Part shown: positions 9,118 to 19,376 of the stretch, piece by piece
Layout: the number at the start of each line of letters is the position of its first letter
How positions within the stretch are numbered: position 1 is the stretch's first letter
Source: Candidatus Hydrogenedentota bacterium
GTDB lineage: Bacteria; Hydrogenedentota; Hydrogenedentia; Hydrogenedentales; SLHB01
Assembly: GCA_963668025.2 (NCBI GenBank)
Contig: CAXXTH010000018.1
Coordinates: forward strand, 32,001-96,000
Direction: 5' to 3'
DNA length: 64,000 nt
Notes under the pieces: model-generated
What the model was told of the DNA's origin: nothing
Databases searched by the model: none
What the model saw: only the letters and a program-made list of their open reading frames with translations
Program-made: the position numbers and the translations under genes

Positions 9118-11292
9118 TTATCGCCATTTCCCGTGAGCGACAAGGGCGGCCGTCTCGACGATGGCGTCATCGTCCAAAAGGGCGGCCTCTTCCAGAACGC
9201 GCGATACAGATGGAGGGACGTCGAGCGAGGCCAGGCATGCGATAGGGCCGTCTAACTCATCGAAAAAACGCTCTTGCAGTGTAGCAGCGATTTGTTTACC
9301 TATCGACTGGCTAGATGCGGCTTGTTCGACGATTACGCATTGTCCGGTCTTACGCAATGAATTCCCTAAAGTATCGTAATCGATTGACGGGAGATCCAGC
9401 GTCCGCAAATCAATGAGATCGGGATAGATTCCCATGTCACGCCAACGTGATAGAAGCCGTTCACAACGGCCGGTCATGCATCCGTATGTGGCGATGGTGA
9501 CATCCTCACCTTCGGCCAGGATACGCGCTTTGCCAAAACGCACCATATAGTCGAGATTGTCTTCCGGAACCGGGAAAGTCTCTCCATAGAGCGAGTGATG
9601 CTCGAGGATGACCACCGGATCTAGGCTTTGCATAGCGCTGTTAAACAGTCCAATGTAGTCAAAAGCCGTTGATGGGGCAACCATGCGCCAGCCTGGGAAA
9701 AGGGCGTAAAGTCCAACGGGGTCCATGGAATGCTGGCCTCCATATCCGCATCCCGTGGCGATGCGAATACGGGCTACAAGGGGTAGTTGAGTCGTGTCGC
9801 CGTACATGTGGCGCGCCTTTCCGATTTGATTGAATAATTGATCGGCGGCGACCAAGCTAAAATCCGGAAACATCACTTCGACCACGGGCCGCATTTCCGA
9901 CATGGCCGCACCCAAGGCAATGCCGACGAAGCCGGCTTCTGAAATAGGAGTATTCAGAACGCGCTCCGGGAAACGCGCTGGCAGGTTCTTCGTGGCCCCG
10001 TAGGCCCCCCCGCCGAAATTGGCCACTTCTTCACCCAGGGTGAAGACCATCGGGTCGCGTTCTAGCCATCTTCCCGTGGCTGCGGCAATCGCATCTGAAT
10101 AGCGCAACTCGCGCCATGCATGAAAATCCTCCCGCTCTTGAAAACGTATGGAATCCCATTCGCCGCCGTTGCTGCGGAGACCCACGGCGACTGATTGCGG
10201 TTTTGGCCACAGCTCAGACCGGACCTTTGGGTTGGGGCCGTCTTCAACACAAAAGTCGACGGCGGCTTGCACCGCCTCTTGGGCGCGATTCTGAATAGTC
10301 TTCAGGGCTTTCTCATCGAGAAGCCCCGTCTTCTTGAGCTGTCGAGGGAACTGCGTAACAGATTCTCGCTCCCTCCACCAAGCCTCTTCCTCTTTATCGC
10401 GGTATTTGAATGCGCTTCCAGGCTGATCCCCGGCGTGGTGATAGGTCCGATAACACCGGGCCTCGATAAAGACGGGGCGGTTGGTGCTGCGTATTTGGCC
10501 AACCGCTTGTTTGGTGACTTCGTACAGTGCGACGGGATCGCTGCCATCCACAATATGGGCATCCATGTTATAGGCCGTGGCGCGCAATGCAATAGGATTG
10601 GCTGCACAGGCCGCTTCGGCATGGGTGCCCACTGCGTAGAAGTTGTTCTCGAGAAAAAAGAGCACCGGCAGCTCCCAGAGTCCTGCGAAGTTGCAGGCTT
10701 CATGAAAGGCTCCCTGGTTAACGGCTCCATCGCCGAAATAGCACACAACGATATTTCCTGTTTTGCGTTGTTTCTCGGCAAAGGCCGCGCCGGTCGACAG
10801 AGGAATGCCGCCGCCCACAATCGCATTGCTGCCGAGGAAACCCGCCTCGACCCAACGTAGATGCATCGAGCCGCCTCGTCCGCCGCAGAAGCCCGGGGCC
10901 AGTCCCATGATTTCCGCCAAGGTCCGGCGTAGGGCGATGAAACCTTCTTCCGGTAACGTATCGGTGTGGGGTTGCCAATCGGACGGGAGAACATACTGCA
11001 TCGCCTTGGCCAGGAAATGATGATGGGATCGATGTGTCCCTGTTACCTTATCCGCTGTATGTAAGGCGTGAATAACGGCGCCCGCCGTGGCTTCTTGCCC
11101 CACGCTCGTATGGACCGGGCCCCAGATAGCGCCCGCATTTTTCAATCGGAGCGCCGCGTGTTCAAAGTAGTTGATGAGGCAGAGGTCAAAGTATATCCGC
11201 GCGGCAAGGTTTGCGGGCATGGCGGCCAAGTCCTCCGGTTCGGATGTCCAGAGGTATATATTGGTGTCAGGAGCCAGTGTTTTGTTCTTCAT
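9118..11292 (-). CDS. Fused alpha/beta E1 component, TPP-dependent 2-oxoacid/acetoin dehydrogenase family
   Basis: HTSVGQE, GRGGSMH, FGDGAVNQG..NN TPP motif; beta part NTPISEAGF, GGQHS, IDLRTL. Confidence 0.9.
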   Translation of the reverse strand: MKNKTLAPDTNIYLWTSEPEDLAAMPANLAARIYFDLCLINYFEHAALRLKNAGAIWGPVHTSVGQEATAGAVIHALHTADKVTGTHRSHHHFLAKAMQYVLPSDWQPHTDTLPEEGFIALRRTLAEIMGLAPGFCGGRGGSMHLRWVEAGFLGSNAIVGGGIPLSTGAAFAEKQRKTGNIVVCYFGDGAVNQGAFHEACNFAGLWELPVLFFLENNFYAVGTHAEAACAANPIALRATAYNMDAHIVDGSDPVALYEVTKQAVGQIRSTNRPVFIEARCYRTYHHAGDQPGSAFKYRDKEEEAWWRERESVTQFPRQLKKTGLLDEKALKTIQNRAQEAVQAAVDFCVEDGPNPKVRSELWPKPQSVAVGLRSNGGEWDSIRFQEREDFHAWRELRYSDAIAAATGRWLERDPMVFTLGEEVANFGGGAYGATKNLPARFPERVLNTPISEAGFVGIALGAAMSEMRPVVEVMFPDFSLVAADQLFNQIGKARHMYGDTTQLPLVARIRIATGCGYGGQHSMDPVGLYALFPGWRMVAPSTAFDYIGLFNSAMQSLDPVVILEHHSLYGETFPVPEDNLDYMVRFGKARILAEGEDVTIATYGCMTGRCERLLSRWRDMGIYPDLIDLRTLDLPSIDYDTLGNSLRKTGQCVIVEQAASSQSIGKQIAATLQERFFDELDGPIACLASLDVPPSVSRVLEEAALLDDDAIVETAALVAHGKWR

Positions 11293-11420
11293 AGCACTCC
11301 TCAGGTGTCTTCACTATCAGGAAGACGGCAATATCGGCTGTTTGTCGTGACCCGGTATCTCGATTCCCGGCGTTTCGGTCATCTACTGTTTCACCGGTCC
11401 AATCGCGGTCATCGTCATTC

Positions 11421-12911
11421 TCAGGAATAGCGCACGTAGGCGATTTTGTGTTCGGTGCAGAATTCAATCCCCGTAGACCCGGCCTCGGGAATACCGAAAC
11501 CAGACTCCTTCACTCCCCCGAAAGAAAGCATGGGCTCTTTCTTGGCCGTCGGCATGTTGACGTGTGTAAGTCCCACATCCGTTTCTTCGACGAAACGCAG
11601 CGCCCGTTTCAAATCTGTCGTATAGAGTGACGACGCCAATCCAAACCGAACACCATTGGCCACCTTGATAGCATCCTCAAAATCCTCTACCGTCATGACC
11701 GCGAGCACCGGTCCGAAGACCTCCTCTTTCCCTAAATCCATTTCGGGCGTCACTTCGGAGAATATTGTCGGCTCGATAAAGTAGCCACGGTCCAAGGGGG
11801 GAGCCGTGATGCGATGACCACCACAAAGCAACTTAGCTCCCTGTTTCACGGCCGTGTCGATATGTGCTAGTATTCCTTCGAATTGTTTTGCGCCACATAC
11901 GGGTCCTATAGTCGTATTGGGATCCATGCCGTTGCCTACCTGGAGGCGCGTGACCCGTTCGCACAGCATGTTTATGAAGGATTCCGCGATTTCTTTCACC
12001 ACAATCACCCGGCTGGTGGACGTGCACCATTGCCCGGCGCAGGCATAGGCCGCCAGGACGGCGGCATCGGCTGCCGCATCCAAATCGGCGTCTTCTAACA
12101 CCACGAGAGGGTTCTTTCCACCCATCTCGAGCTGCGTACGAGTGAGAGTTTTCGCGGCGCGCTCATGGATTCCCCGGCCGACCTCTGTGCTGCCCGTGAA
12201 CGTGATCGCCTTCACACGCTCATCGCACACCAAAGCATCTCCAACATTGCGGCCTGAGCCTATCACTAGATTGACAACGCCAGGGGGCAAGCCTGCTTCG
12301 GCGAAAGCCTCCATGGCAGCCATGCCCGTGCGCGGCGTTAGGCTTGCCGGTTTGATCACGCATGTGTTCCCAGATATCAGCGCGGGAGTACACTTGCGTA
12401 TGATGACGTTGAAGGGAAAATTCCAGGGCGTGATTACCCCTATCACTCCCAAGGGAACGCGCATGCTATACGCAAGCACACCTGGTGTGGCGCTACGGGC
12501 GACCTCTCCTTGAGCCCGTAATCCTTCGGCGATTTGGTATTCCATTTCGCGGATAGCGGATTCGATTTCCGCATGAGATTCCGCGAGGGTCTTACCGTTC
12601 TCGCGGGTGATGGTTTCGGCGAAAGGCTCTCGCCGGCTGTCGATAACGGCAAGGGCTTTCTGCAAGAAGTCCGCCCGTTTCTGAGCGGTGAGTCCGCGCC
12701 ACGCGGGAAAAGCCTTCTGGGCTGATGTTATCGCGGCCAAAGCGTCTTCCGCGGGGCTGTCGGGGAAATGTCCGGTGACATCGTTGATGTCGGCCGGATT
12801 ATGGTGCTCAAAGGTATTGCCGTTCGAGGCGGAACACCAATGGCCATCAATGTAATTACCCTTATCGGATTTTCCGCTGTTTTGCCCAGACTCTTCTCGC
12901 AACACACTCAT
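11421..12911 (-). CDS. NAD(P)-dependent aldehyde dehydrogenase (2,5-dioxopentanoate dehydrogenase-like)
   Basis: ITPWNFP, FTGSTEVG, LEMGGKNP, GQWC catalytic Cys, EEVFGP; start after GGAGG RBS. Confidence 0.9.
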   Translation of the reverse strand: MSVLREESGQNSGKSDKGNYIDGHWCSASNGNTFEHHNPADINDVTGHFPDSPAEDALAAITSAQKAFPAWRGLTAQKRADFLQKALAVIDSRREPFAETITRENGKTLAESHAEIESAIREMEYQIAEGLRAQGEVARSATPGVLAYSMRVPLGVIGVITPWNFPFNVIIRKCTPALISGNTCVIKPASLTPRTGMAAMEAFAEAGLPPGVVNLVIGSGRNVGDALVCDERVKAITFTGSTEVGRGIHERAAKTLTRTQLEMGGKNPLVVLEDADLDAAADAAVLAAYACAGQWCTSTSRVIVVKEIAESFINMLCERVTRLQVGNGMDPNTTIGPVCGAKQFEGILAHIDTAVKQGAKLLCGGHRITAPPLDRGYFIEPTIFSEVTPEMDLGKEEVFGPVLAVMTVEDFEDAIKVANGVRFGLASSLYTTDLKRALRFVEETDVGLTHVNMPTAKKEPMLSFGGVKESGFGIPEAGSTGIEFCTEHKIAYVRYS

Positions 12912-13081
12912 GTCCGTGACCTCCATTATCATTTCGATGCTCAGATCTCAAAATGGATTATTGGGAATCGATCAAGCCCATATCAGTATCATGGATTTCC
13001 AGAGGAAGCAGTTCCTAATTGATGGGACTGGCTCTTGCCGCTGTTCGCCTTTGCCGGGGTCTTCTTGAAGTATAATCGACG

Positions 13082-14314
13082 TTACGCCGGTGTGTCGGAT
13101 TGCGCCGGTAGATACAATGTCTCTCCTGCCCGTTCAATCAGCAACAGGCCTTCCTCTTCGCGATTTCTCCAGTCCTCAACATTAATCGTGTCCGGATCAA
13201 TATAGCCGAGTCCGAGTGTTTCGATCAGCTCCCGGGGAATTTGCGAGGCCACGGACACCTGAATTCTTGGCTTTTCGATCCCATCGATATAGGTGCCTGT
13301 TCCTTTGATATAGGTCGAAACTGCCATCACGGCTCGCGGAATGTCGGCGAAAAGCTCAAGGCGTTTTAGATAATAGTCCCGAACGTGATAGCCAATGCGC
13401 CGGAGGACGGATTCATGCACTAGAGAAGGTGAAAAGATGTGAGGGGCGTAGATGATAAGCTCGCCGTTATCTTCGATCACGGGTTCCGCTTTGTACATAC
13501 ATTTGCCCCCGGTCCACAGGTCTTCATACATGGCCGGTGCACAGGCGAGTACGCGCTGATATTTCCGGGGTTTATAGACGACATGGCATTGGAGGGAATG
13601 CTTAGCTGCTGAGCGCCACGATTCCTGCAGCGGGCCGATCGTCATATGGACGACTTCTCCATCGTGAACCACAAAGGATATCGCGGATGTAGGAATTGGA
13701 ACCTGTGCTGCGGCTTCATCCAAGACCCGGCGAACAGGATTGTCGATGATCCCGATGAGTTTCAGGTTCGTGATTACAGCACCGAGCCAGTGGAAAAAAT
13801 CGATAATCTCGGGACCTGATATGCCCGGAAACAGATATTTGCTGCCGCCGCTGAAGCCCGCGATTTCGTGTGGAAATACCGGCCCCAAAATAAGTAACTG
13901 GTCGTATTTCAGTGCGGTCTTGTTGAGCGTGATCACGACATTCTCGGACATCAGGCCGTTGCTCAATTCCCGAATGCGGTCATCAGGTAGTGTCGCGACT
14001 TCTTGAAGCTGAGAGGGATCGTCCCACGCATGATTCATTAACTTCACATCGTTGAAAGACGTGCGCCAAGGCTCATCCCCCAAACCAACATGATGGCGGA
14101 GGGTTTCCTGCGGGAGCGGCGGATGTGTTCCCAAGGCAACCATGATATCTACTTGCACACCTAGATCACGAAGGATGGGAAGGGCCAGCCGGACTAAGTC
14201 GGATACCGGCGCCGTCCGCGTCATATCCGGAACGATTAATAAGATGCGTTGACCGGATGTGACAACCTTGGATAGTCCTTCCGCCATGATGGATTTGATT
14301 TGTGGCCAGTCCAA
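13082..14314 (-). CDS. Lactate racemase (LarA/DUF2088) family protein
   Basis: VPDMTRT, ALGTH, NHAWD, PHEIAGFSGGSKYLFPG motifs. Confidence 0.85.
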   Translation of the reverse strand: MDWPQIKSIMAEGLSKVVTSGQRILLIVPDMTRTAPVSDLVRLALPILRDLGVQVDIMVALGTHPPLPQETLRHHVGLGDEPWRTSFNDVKLMNHAWDDPSQLQEVATLPDDRIRELSNGLMSENVVITLNKTALKYDQLLILGPVFPHEIAGFSGGSKYLFPGISGPEIIDFFHWLGAVITNLKLIGIIDNPVRRVLDEAAAQVPIPTSAISFVVHDGEVVHMTIGPLQESWRSAAKHSLQCHVVYKPRKYQRVLACAPAMYEDLWTGGKCMYKAEPVIEDNGELIIYAPHIFSPSLVHESVLRRIGYHVRDYYLKRLELFADIPRAVMAVSTYIKGTGTYIDGIEKPRIQVSVASQIPRELIETLGLGYIDPDTINVEDWRNREEEGLLLIERAGETLYLPAQSDTPA

Positions 14315-14355
14315 TTCTTTTCTCCAAAAATCGATAACTCTTTTGCCTCAGTTCT

Positions 14356-15405
14356 CTACACACCAACAAGCGTGTTTCCGTACGCCATAATGAGGATGGC
14401 GACGATCATGATGACGATTGCCGTGTAGAGTTGGTAAATAGGACGTCCATGTACGCCTTTCCACTCACCGAAGAAAAGGCCGACCGCTACGCTGCCCAAG
14501 ATCTGCATGCCCTGCATGATGCCAAAACCGACCGATGCCCCAAGCGCACCCAGGTAGAGCATGCCACGCCCCAGAAAGAGCATCGCTGCGATGAACTGAA
14601 TGCCAAAGGCTATCGCAAGCAGGAAGTCTCTTCCACTTGTCGTCAGCACTCCCCATGATTTGTCCTTGGTCATCAGATAGGCGGGATAAATGATATTGAC
14701 CAATGTGCCGCCGATGAACGCGATCGCCCATACAGCCATGTTTGCCGCAATATCGCCTGCGCCGTGCTCGAGCATGGCATCGACGATAGGACCCTGGGCA
14801 TAGGCGAAGGAAAAACTGATCCCGCACGACAAAATCCCAGCGAGTACGATCAGGATCAGGCCTTGACGGAAGTTACCCGAGGCCTCCGTCGTTTTTCCCA
14901 GTACCTTGTCCCGGCCGAAGCCAGCGTAGGCGCTCACCAAGACGCCGATGACCATGGTGATGACGCCGGAAAGGACGGCGATACCGGCCATTGAACCGAT
15001 AGCAGGCGCGTTCTGAAAGATACCAGACGCCTTGAACACAATGGGGACGACAACGCCAATGGATACGCCGACACTTGCCAGGATGGCCCCGGCCAGCGCC
15101 GCGCCGATGCGGACAATGCAGATGCCAAACAGAACATTGGCGACTCCCCAGGCGATGGTGAAAATGTTGGCCTTTATCAGGACCGCCGAGTCGACCTCGG
15201 CATAGGCGGCAAATGGGTCGTGGACGCTTGTCAACACGATGACCCAGGGAACGACAAAGATCCCAACAAACATGCCCAGCGGCCACAAATGCTCAAACTT
15301 ATACTTTCGCGCGGCCTTCAACGGCCACGCCATTGTTCCCGTGCCGATGCCGGCCAGCAACACGAACACTATTCCCAATACGGTATCCTTGGTGACGGTA
15401 TCCAT
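14356..15405 (-). CDS. RhaT-like sugar:proton symporter (DMT superfamily)
   Basis: About 10 hydrophobic segments; N-terminal P.K..R.Y.FE..W; C-terminal GEWKG. Confidence 0.75.
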   Translation of the reverse strand: MDTVTKDTVLGIVFVLLAGIGTGTMAWPLKAARKYKFEHLWPLGMFVGIFVVPWVIVLTSVHDPFAAYAEVDSAVLIKANIFTIAWGVANVLFGICIVRIGAALAGAILASVGVSIGVVVPIVFKASGIFQNAPAIGSMAGIAVLSGVITMVIGVLVSAYAGFGRDKVLGKTTEASGNFRQGLILIVLAGILSCGISFSFAYAQGPIVDAMLEHGAGDIAANMAVWAIAFIGGTLVNIIYPAYLMTKDKSWGVLTTSGRDFLLAIAFGIQFIAAMLFLGRGMLYLGALGASVGFGIMQGMQILGSVAVGLFFGEWKGVHGRPIYQLYTAIVIMIVAILIMAYGNTLVGV

Positions 15406-15453
15406 GCTACCCTCTTTCCTTTTGTTTCTCGCGCTGAGAGTTGCCTGCGGTGC

Positions 15454-16266
15454 TTAGCGTTCCGTGCCCTCGAGCGCTCTAGATGCATAGGGTTCCTTGC
15501 TTATTAACTGGCTGGTCATCCCGCCGTCTGCATACAGGTTGGAGCCGGTGATGTAGGCTGCTTCATCGCTGGCCAAAAACACCGCCGCATACGCCTGTTC
15601 CTCGCATGTGCCTACACGGCCCATAGGGATCTGGGTTCTCCAGTAAGCCAGGCATTCTTCTTTGCTTGGGGCCGCCGCTTGAATGTCTTCCCATATCTGG
15701 GTATTGATCAATCCTGGGCTGAGCGCATTGACGCGGATGTTTCGCGAGGCGAATTCCACGGCGAGTGACTTGGTCAGACCGATGACTCCCCATTTGGCCG
15801 CGTCGTAAGGGGCCGCGCCGGGCAGGCATGCATAGGTATGAACCGTAGCGATATTGACGATGGAACCGCCGCCGGTTTTCAGCATTTCGAGAATGGCCGC
15901 CCTCGAACAGAGATACGTTCCTCGAAGGTCGGTGTTAATCACACGGTCCCAATCGACCGGTTCGACTTGCTCGAAAGGCGAGACGAAGTTCACGCCCGCA
16001 TTATTCACGAGAATATCGATGCGTCCATACTTGGCCAATGCCGCCTTGAACATGGCCGTGACATCCTCTTCTTTGGAGACATCGCATTTCACAAAGAAGG
16101 CGTCCCCGCCTTCCTTAACAATACCGTCAACAACCGGCTGGCCGTTTTCACTGCGCCGGCTGGAAGCGACGACTCGTGCTCCTTCTCGAGCAAAGACCTC
16201 GGCAATAACTTTTCCAATTCCCGCGCCCGTGCCCGTTACAACGGCCACCTTGTCTTTCAATCGCAT
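15454..16266 (-). CDS. SDR family oxidoreductase
   Basis: TGTGAGIG, NNAG, YDAAK (YxxxK), IRVNALSPG. Confidence 0.92.
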   Translation of the reverse strand: MRLKDKVAVVTGTGAGIGKVIAEVFAREGARVVASSRRSENGQPVVDGIVKEGGDAFFVKCDVSKEEDVTAMFKAALAKYGRIDILVNNAGVNFVSPFEQVEPVDWDRVINTDLRGTYLCSRAAILEMLKTGGGSIVNIATVHTYACLPGAAPYDAAKWGVIGLTKSLAVEFASRNIRVNALSPGLINTQIWEDIQAAAPSKEECLAYWRTQIPMGRVGTCEEQAYAAVFLASDEAAYITGSNLYADGGMTSQLISKEPYASRALEGTER

Positions 16267-16269
16267 GGT

Positions 16270-17259
16270 TCACTCCTTTCGTTTTTGGCGGGCAAACTGC
16301 CTTAAAAAGGCTTCCCCTTCCGTAACGCTGTCCCTTCCCACATGGATATCGACACGCCATTCCGCAGTCTTCTGGGGAGCCAGCACGGAGTATCGTTTCC
16401 ATTCCTTTACCGCGATATCAAGGGCGTCAGGCGCTCCGTTGGTGGGTTCGATGGCGACGTGATGGTAGCCGCCCCAGCCGCCGCGGTTAATCCATACGCC
16501 GAAGGTGTTCAACTCCCGGACGTCGCAGGAAAAAGCAATGTAGTCGCCCGTCCGGTTGTTTCGTAGAGCGGCAACGCCTAGTTGCAGGGGATTCGTAAAA
16601 AACTTCACGGCTGCGTTTTCGCATCCGAAATCCAACTGATCAAGATGCATACCCGATGTGGGTTCAGGCCACTCGATGATTGTGCCCAATGCTCCCAGTC
16701 CACAGTTGATCACGGTTGCGTCCAACCGTCCTTGGGTGCATTCTTCCGGCAGGATAAGACGATCCTCCTCCTCGATAGCCATCATGGGATGCAGCGCCCA
16801 CAGATACTCCTGGTCCGTATTGCCTGTATTGGCCAAGGCGTAGGCGAGGTGTATCTCTCCCGTGTTGCCAAGGGAAACCGCGCGTTCAATTTCTAGTGAT
16901 GGACTAGGCAGTCGCAAGCGCGTTACCACTACTTCATCTTTCAAGCAAGATTCATCAAGCGTCCATGCGCGAGACCAGGCTCCACCGTGATCCTCGAGCT
17001 TCACGTCTCTCCACGTACATTCGGCAACGGACGGGAAGCATTCGTCCGCGCCGACCTTGGTGCTTTCCGGAAAAGGGTCCCCCGGGGTGTTTTGGAAATA
17101 CGCCGGTCCCGTAGGGGGCGCCCACATCCATTCCCGCCCCGTTTTGCGATTGAGCAGGCCACAGATTTTCGCTCCAAGGTCTGGGATGATCGATATCGCG
17201 ACATCCTCATTGGCCAATTGGATCACCTCGAAACCGTCGATTCTGGTGCGCGTCAGCAT
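16270..17259 (-). CDS. Galactose mutarotase-like (aldose 1-epimerase superfamily) protein
   Basis: PDLGAKI, GADECFPS, DHG, WALHP, VAIEPTNG; start reassigned to ATG 17259. Confidence 0.7.
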   Translation of the reverse strand: MLTRTRIDGFEVIQLANEDVAISIIPDLGAKICGLLNRKTGREWMWAPPTGPAYFQNTPGDPFPESTKVGADECFPSVAECTWRDVKLEDHGGAWSRAWTLDESCLKDEVVVTRLRLPSPSLEIERAVSLGNTGEIHLAYALANTGNTDQEYLWALHPMMAIEEEDRLILPEECTQGRLDATVINCGLGALGTIIEWPEPTSGMHLDQLDFGCENAAVKFFTNPLQLGVAALRNNRTGDYIAFSCDVRELNTFGVWINRGGWGGYHHVAIEPTNGAPDALDIAVKEWKRYSVLAPQKTAEWRVDIHVGRDSVTEGEAFLRQFARQKRKE

Positions 17260-17287
17260 GGGTGTTCCCTTTGTGGCTGTAATTTTA

Positions 17288-18331
17288 TTACGTGCTTTCC
17301 TTGTCAATGGTGAAGACGACCCGTATCGCCTGTAATTCCTCAAGCAACGAAAAAGCCTTCCGCCATTCGGATAAAGGAAGGCGGTGCGTAATGAGTGGAA
17401 GCGTTTGGACCGCTCCCGTCTTCAGATATTCCATGGCTTTCTCCCAATCTTCCGGCCGTGAACTGTAGGAGAAATGAAGGGATATGGCTTTCGTGACCAT
17501 CCCGTTCCAGTCCACGGCGATCTCCGGCCGCCCCGTGATGCCAGAGACGGCCATCCGTCCATTTTTGCGCAGCAGGCGAATTCCTTCGCGTACCGCATGA
17601 GGACTTCCCGACGCTTCCACAACGACGTCTGCCCCGACGCCCGAGGTGAAGGCCATGACCGTCTCGGATATATTTGCTTCCTCGGCACGGAGCGTTTCAA
17701 AGCCGAGTTGCTCCGCGCACTCAAAACGTATGGCATCCGACTTGGTCCCTACGACGAACACTTTACCAGCCCCTTCCGCCCGTGCTACCTGTGCGGCCAG
17801 CAAACCGATCGCTCCGGGGCCAAATACGACAACCGTATCCCCATGAGAAATTCCTGTTCGTCCCCACACGGCATGTGTTGCTACGGCAAGAGGTTCGCTC
17901 AAAGAAGCTTCATCAGGAGAAACACCTTGAGGGACAAGATGGAGCAGATGCGCGGGCAATCGGACATAGTCCGCGAAACAGCCGTCCGATAAGATTCCCA
18001 TGGCTCTCTTGGCGGGACACAGATTGGGATACCCCAACGTGCAAAGGCGGCATGTCCCGCACGCATACGGATTATTTTCAGAAACGACGCGGTCGCCCAG
18101 CTTAACATTTTTTACTCCCGGGCCGATGGCCTCAACGACACCGGAAAACTCGTGGCCGAGAATAAGAGGAGGAGACGTCTTGAAACGATCATGGAAGATG
18201 TGGATATCCGTACCACAAAGCGCGGCGCGTTGAACGCGTATGACTGCTTCGCCGGTTGCCGGAGTGGGGTCAGGCACCTCTTTAAGAACTACATTACCGT
18301 CACCTTCGGAGCATTTCAACAGCGCATGCAT
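17288..18331 (-). CDS. Zinc-dependent alcohol/polyol dehydrogenase (MDR family)
   Basis: CGTD, GHEFSG, CGTCRLC..C structural Zn site, GPGAIG; start reassigned to ATG 18331. Confidence 0.9.
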   Translation of the reverse strand: MHALLKCSEGDGNVVLKEVPDPTPATGEAVIRVQRAALCGTDIHIFHDRFKTSPPLILGHEFSGVVEAIGPGVKNVKLGDRVVSENNPYACGTCRLCTLGYPNLCPAKRAMGILSDGCFADYVRLPAHLLHLVPQGVSPDEASLSEPLAVATHAVWGRTGISHGDTVVVFGPGAIGLLAAQVARAEGAGKVFVVGTKSDAIRFECAEQLGFETLRAEEANISETVMAFTSGVGADVVVEASGSPHAVREGIRLLRKNGRMAVSGITGRPEIAVDWNGMVTKAISLHFSYSSRPEDWEKAMEYLKTGAVQTLPLITHRLPLSEWRKAFSLLEELQAIRVVFTIDKEST

Positions 18332-18649
18332 ATACAAGGATCCTTCAACGGATGTTGGGAGACCGACATCGGTTCCCCATGCGAGAAAAGCCAGAATTAC
18401 TCTCCCACCACCTTTCCCAATTCGATTATAGGAGAAAACACTAAAAAGATCTATGGTCTTGGAAAGAAGGAATGAATAATCTGAAAGCATTTTGTATGAA
18501 ATGAGCAAACCTCTTTTGATTTCGTTCCTCATCCTCTTCTTCACCCTGTTCTCCGTAACACACAAGGCCCAGCGCAAGCGGCTTGACGCCGAAAATCTTT
18601 AATGTGAGATGTAATAGGCCAGTGGGCTACAGGATTATTTGAACCGCTC

Positions 18650-19000
18650 TAGTGTATTGACTCATGCTGATTGTATCTTATCGAGGTTTTTTCGTGCTTG
18701 TTCGATTTTGTCGAGGATGCGCTGTACCGGAGCGGTCCAGATGAAGCGTTGCGGGTCTTCGTTATGGGCGTCGATAAAATTGGTTATGGCGTTCACGAGC
18801 TCGTCGAGGTTGCGGAACACACTCCGCCGAATGCGTTTGTTGGTCAGTTCGCGGAACCAATGCTCGACCAAGTTTAGCCATGAAGAACTAGTGGGCGTGA
18901 AATGGATATGGAAACGCGGGTGGCGCTTAAGCCATGCCTTAACTTTAGGGTGTTTATGGGCTGCATAATTGTCCACGACAAGGTGTAAGTCATGGTGCGC
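18650..19000 (-). mobile_element. IS630-family transposase C-terminal remnant with one element end
   Basis: HLVVDNYAAHK...FHIHFTPTSSSWLNLVEHWF; minus strand ends ...CAATACACTAG at ~18650; N-terminus absent. Confidence 0.85.
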
Positions 19001-19151
19001 CTCGGTCTGCACTGCAACCTTCCGTGCCACCACGAAAACACGCACCACGAAAACCGCCTCAACTTCACGCGCTGGCGAGTAAGATTCCGGGTGCAAGAGA
19101 ATCCTTTTCGGTTTGATCCGTAGGTGATCCGCAGAACCGGACCAAATAAAA

Positions 19152-19187
19152 AGCCTCAAGGACTATATCATGTAAGTCCTTGAGGCT
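19152..19187 (-). terminator. Hairpin plus T-tract downstream of tRNA-fMet
   Basis: 13-bp perfect stem AGCCTCAAGGACT/AGTCCTTGAGGCT, followed by a T run on the minus strand. Confidence 0.75.
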
Positions 19188-19199
19188 CAATGGATTATT

Positions 19200-19276
<77 letters not shown>

Positions 19277-19290
19277 TCACTGATAGGGCA

Positions 19291-19319
19291 ATCTTACCTT
19301 ATAAATGCGGGGATGTCAA
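19291..19319 (-). promoter_or_regulatory. Sigma70-like promoter of tRNA-fMet
   Basis: TTGACA-N17-TAAGAT on the minus strand. Confidence 0.7.
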
Positions 19320-19376
19320 TATTTTAAGGAGATTCAGGATTTCCATGCAGCATAAGGAAATGTAAACAGGGGATGT

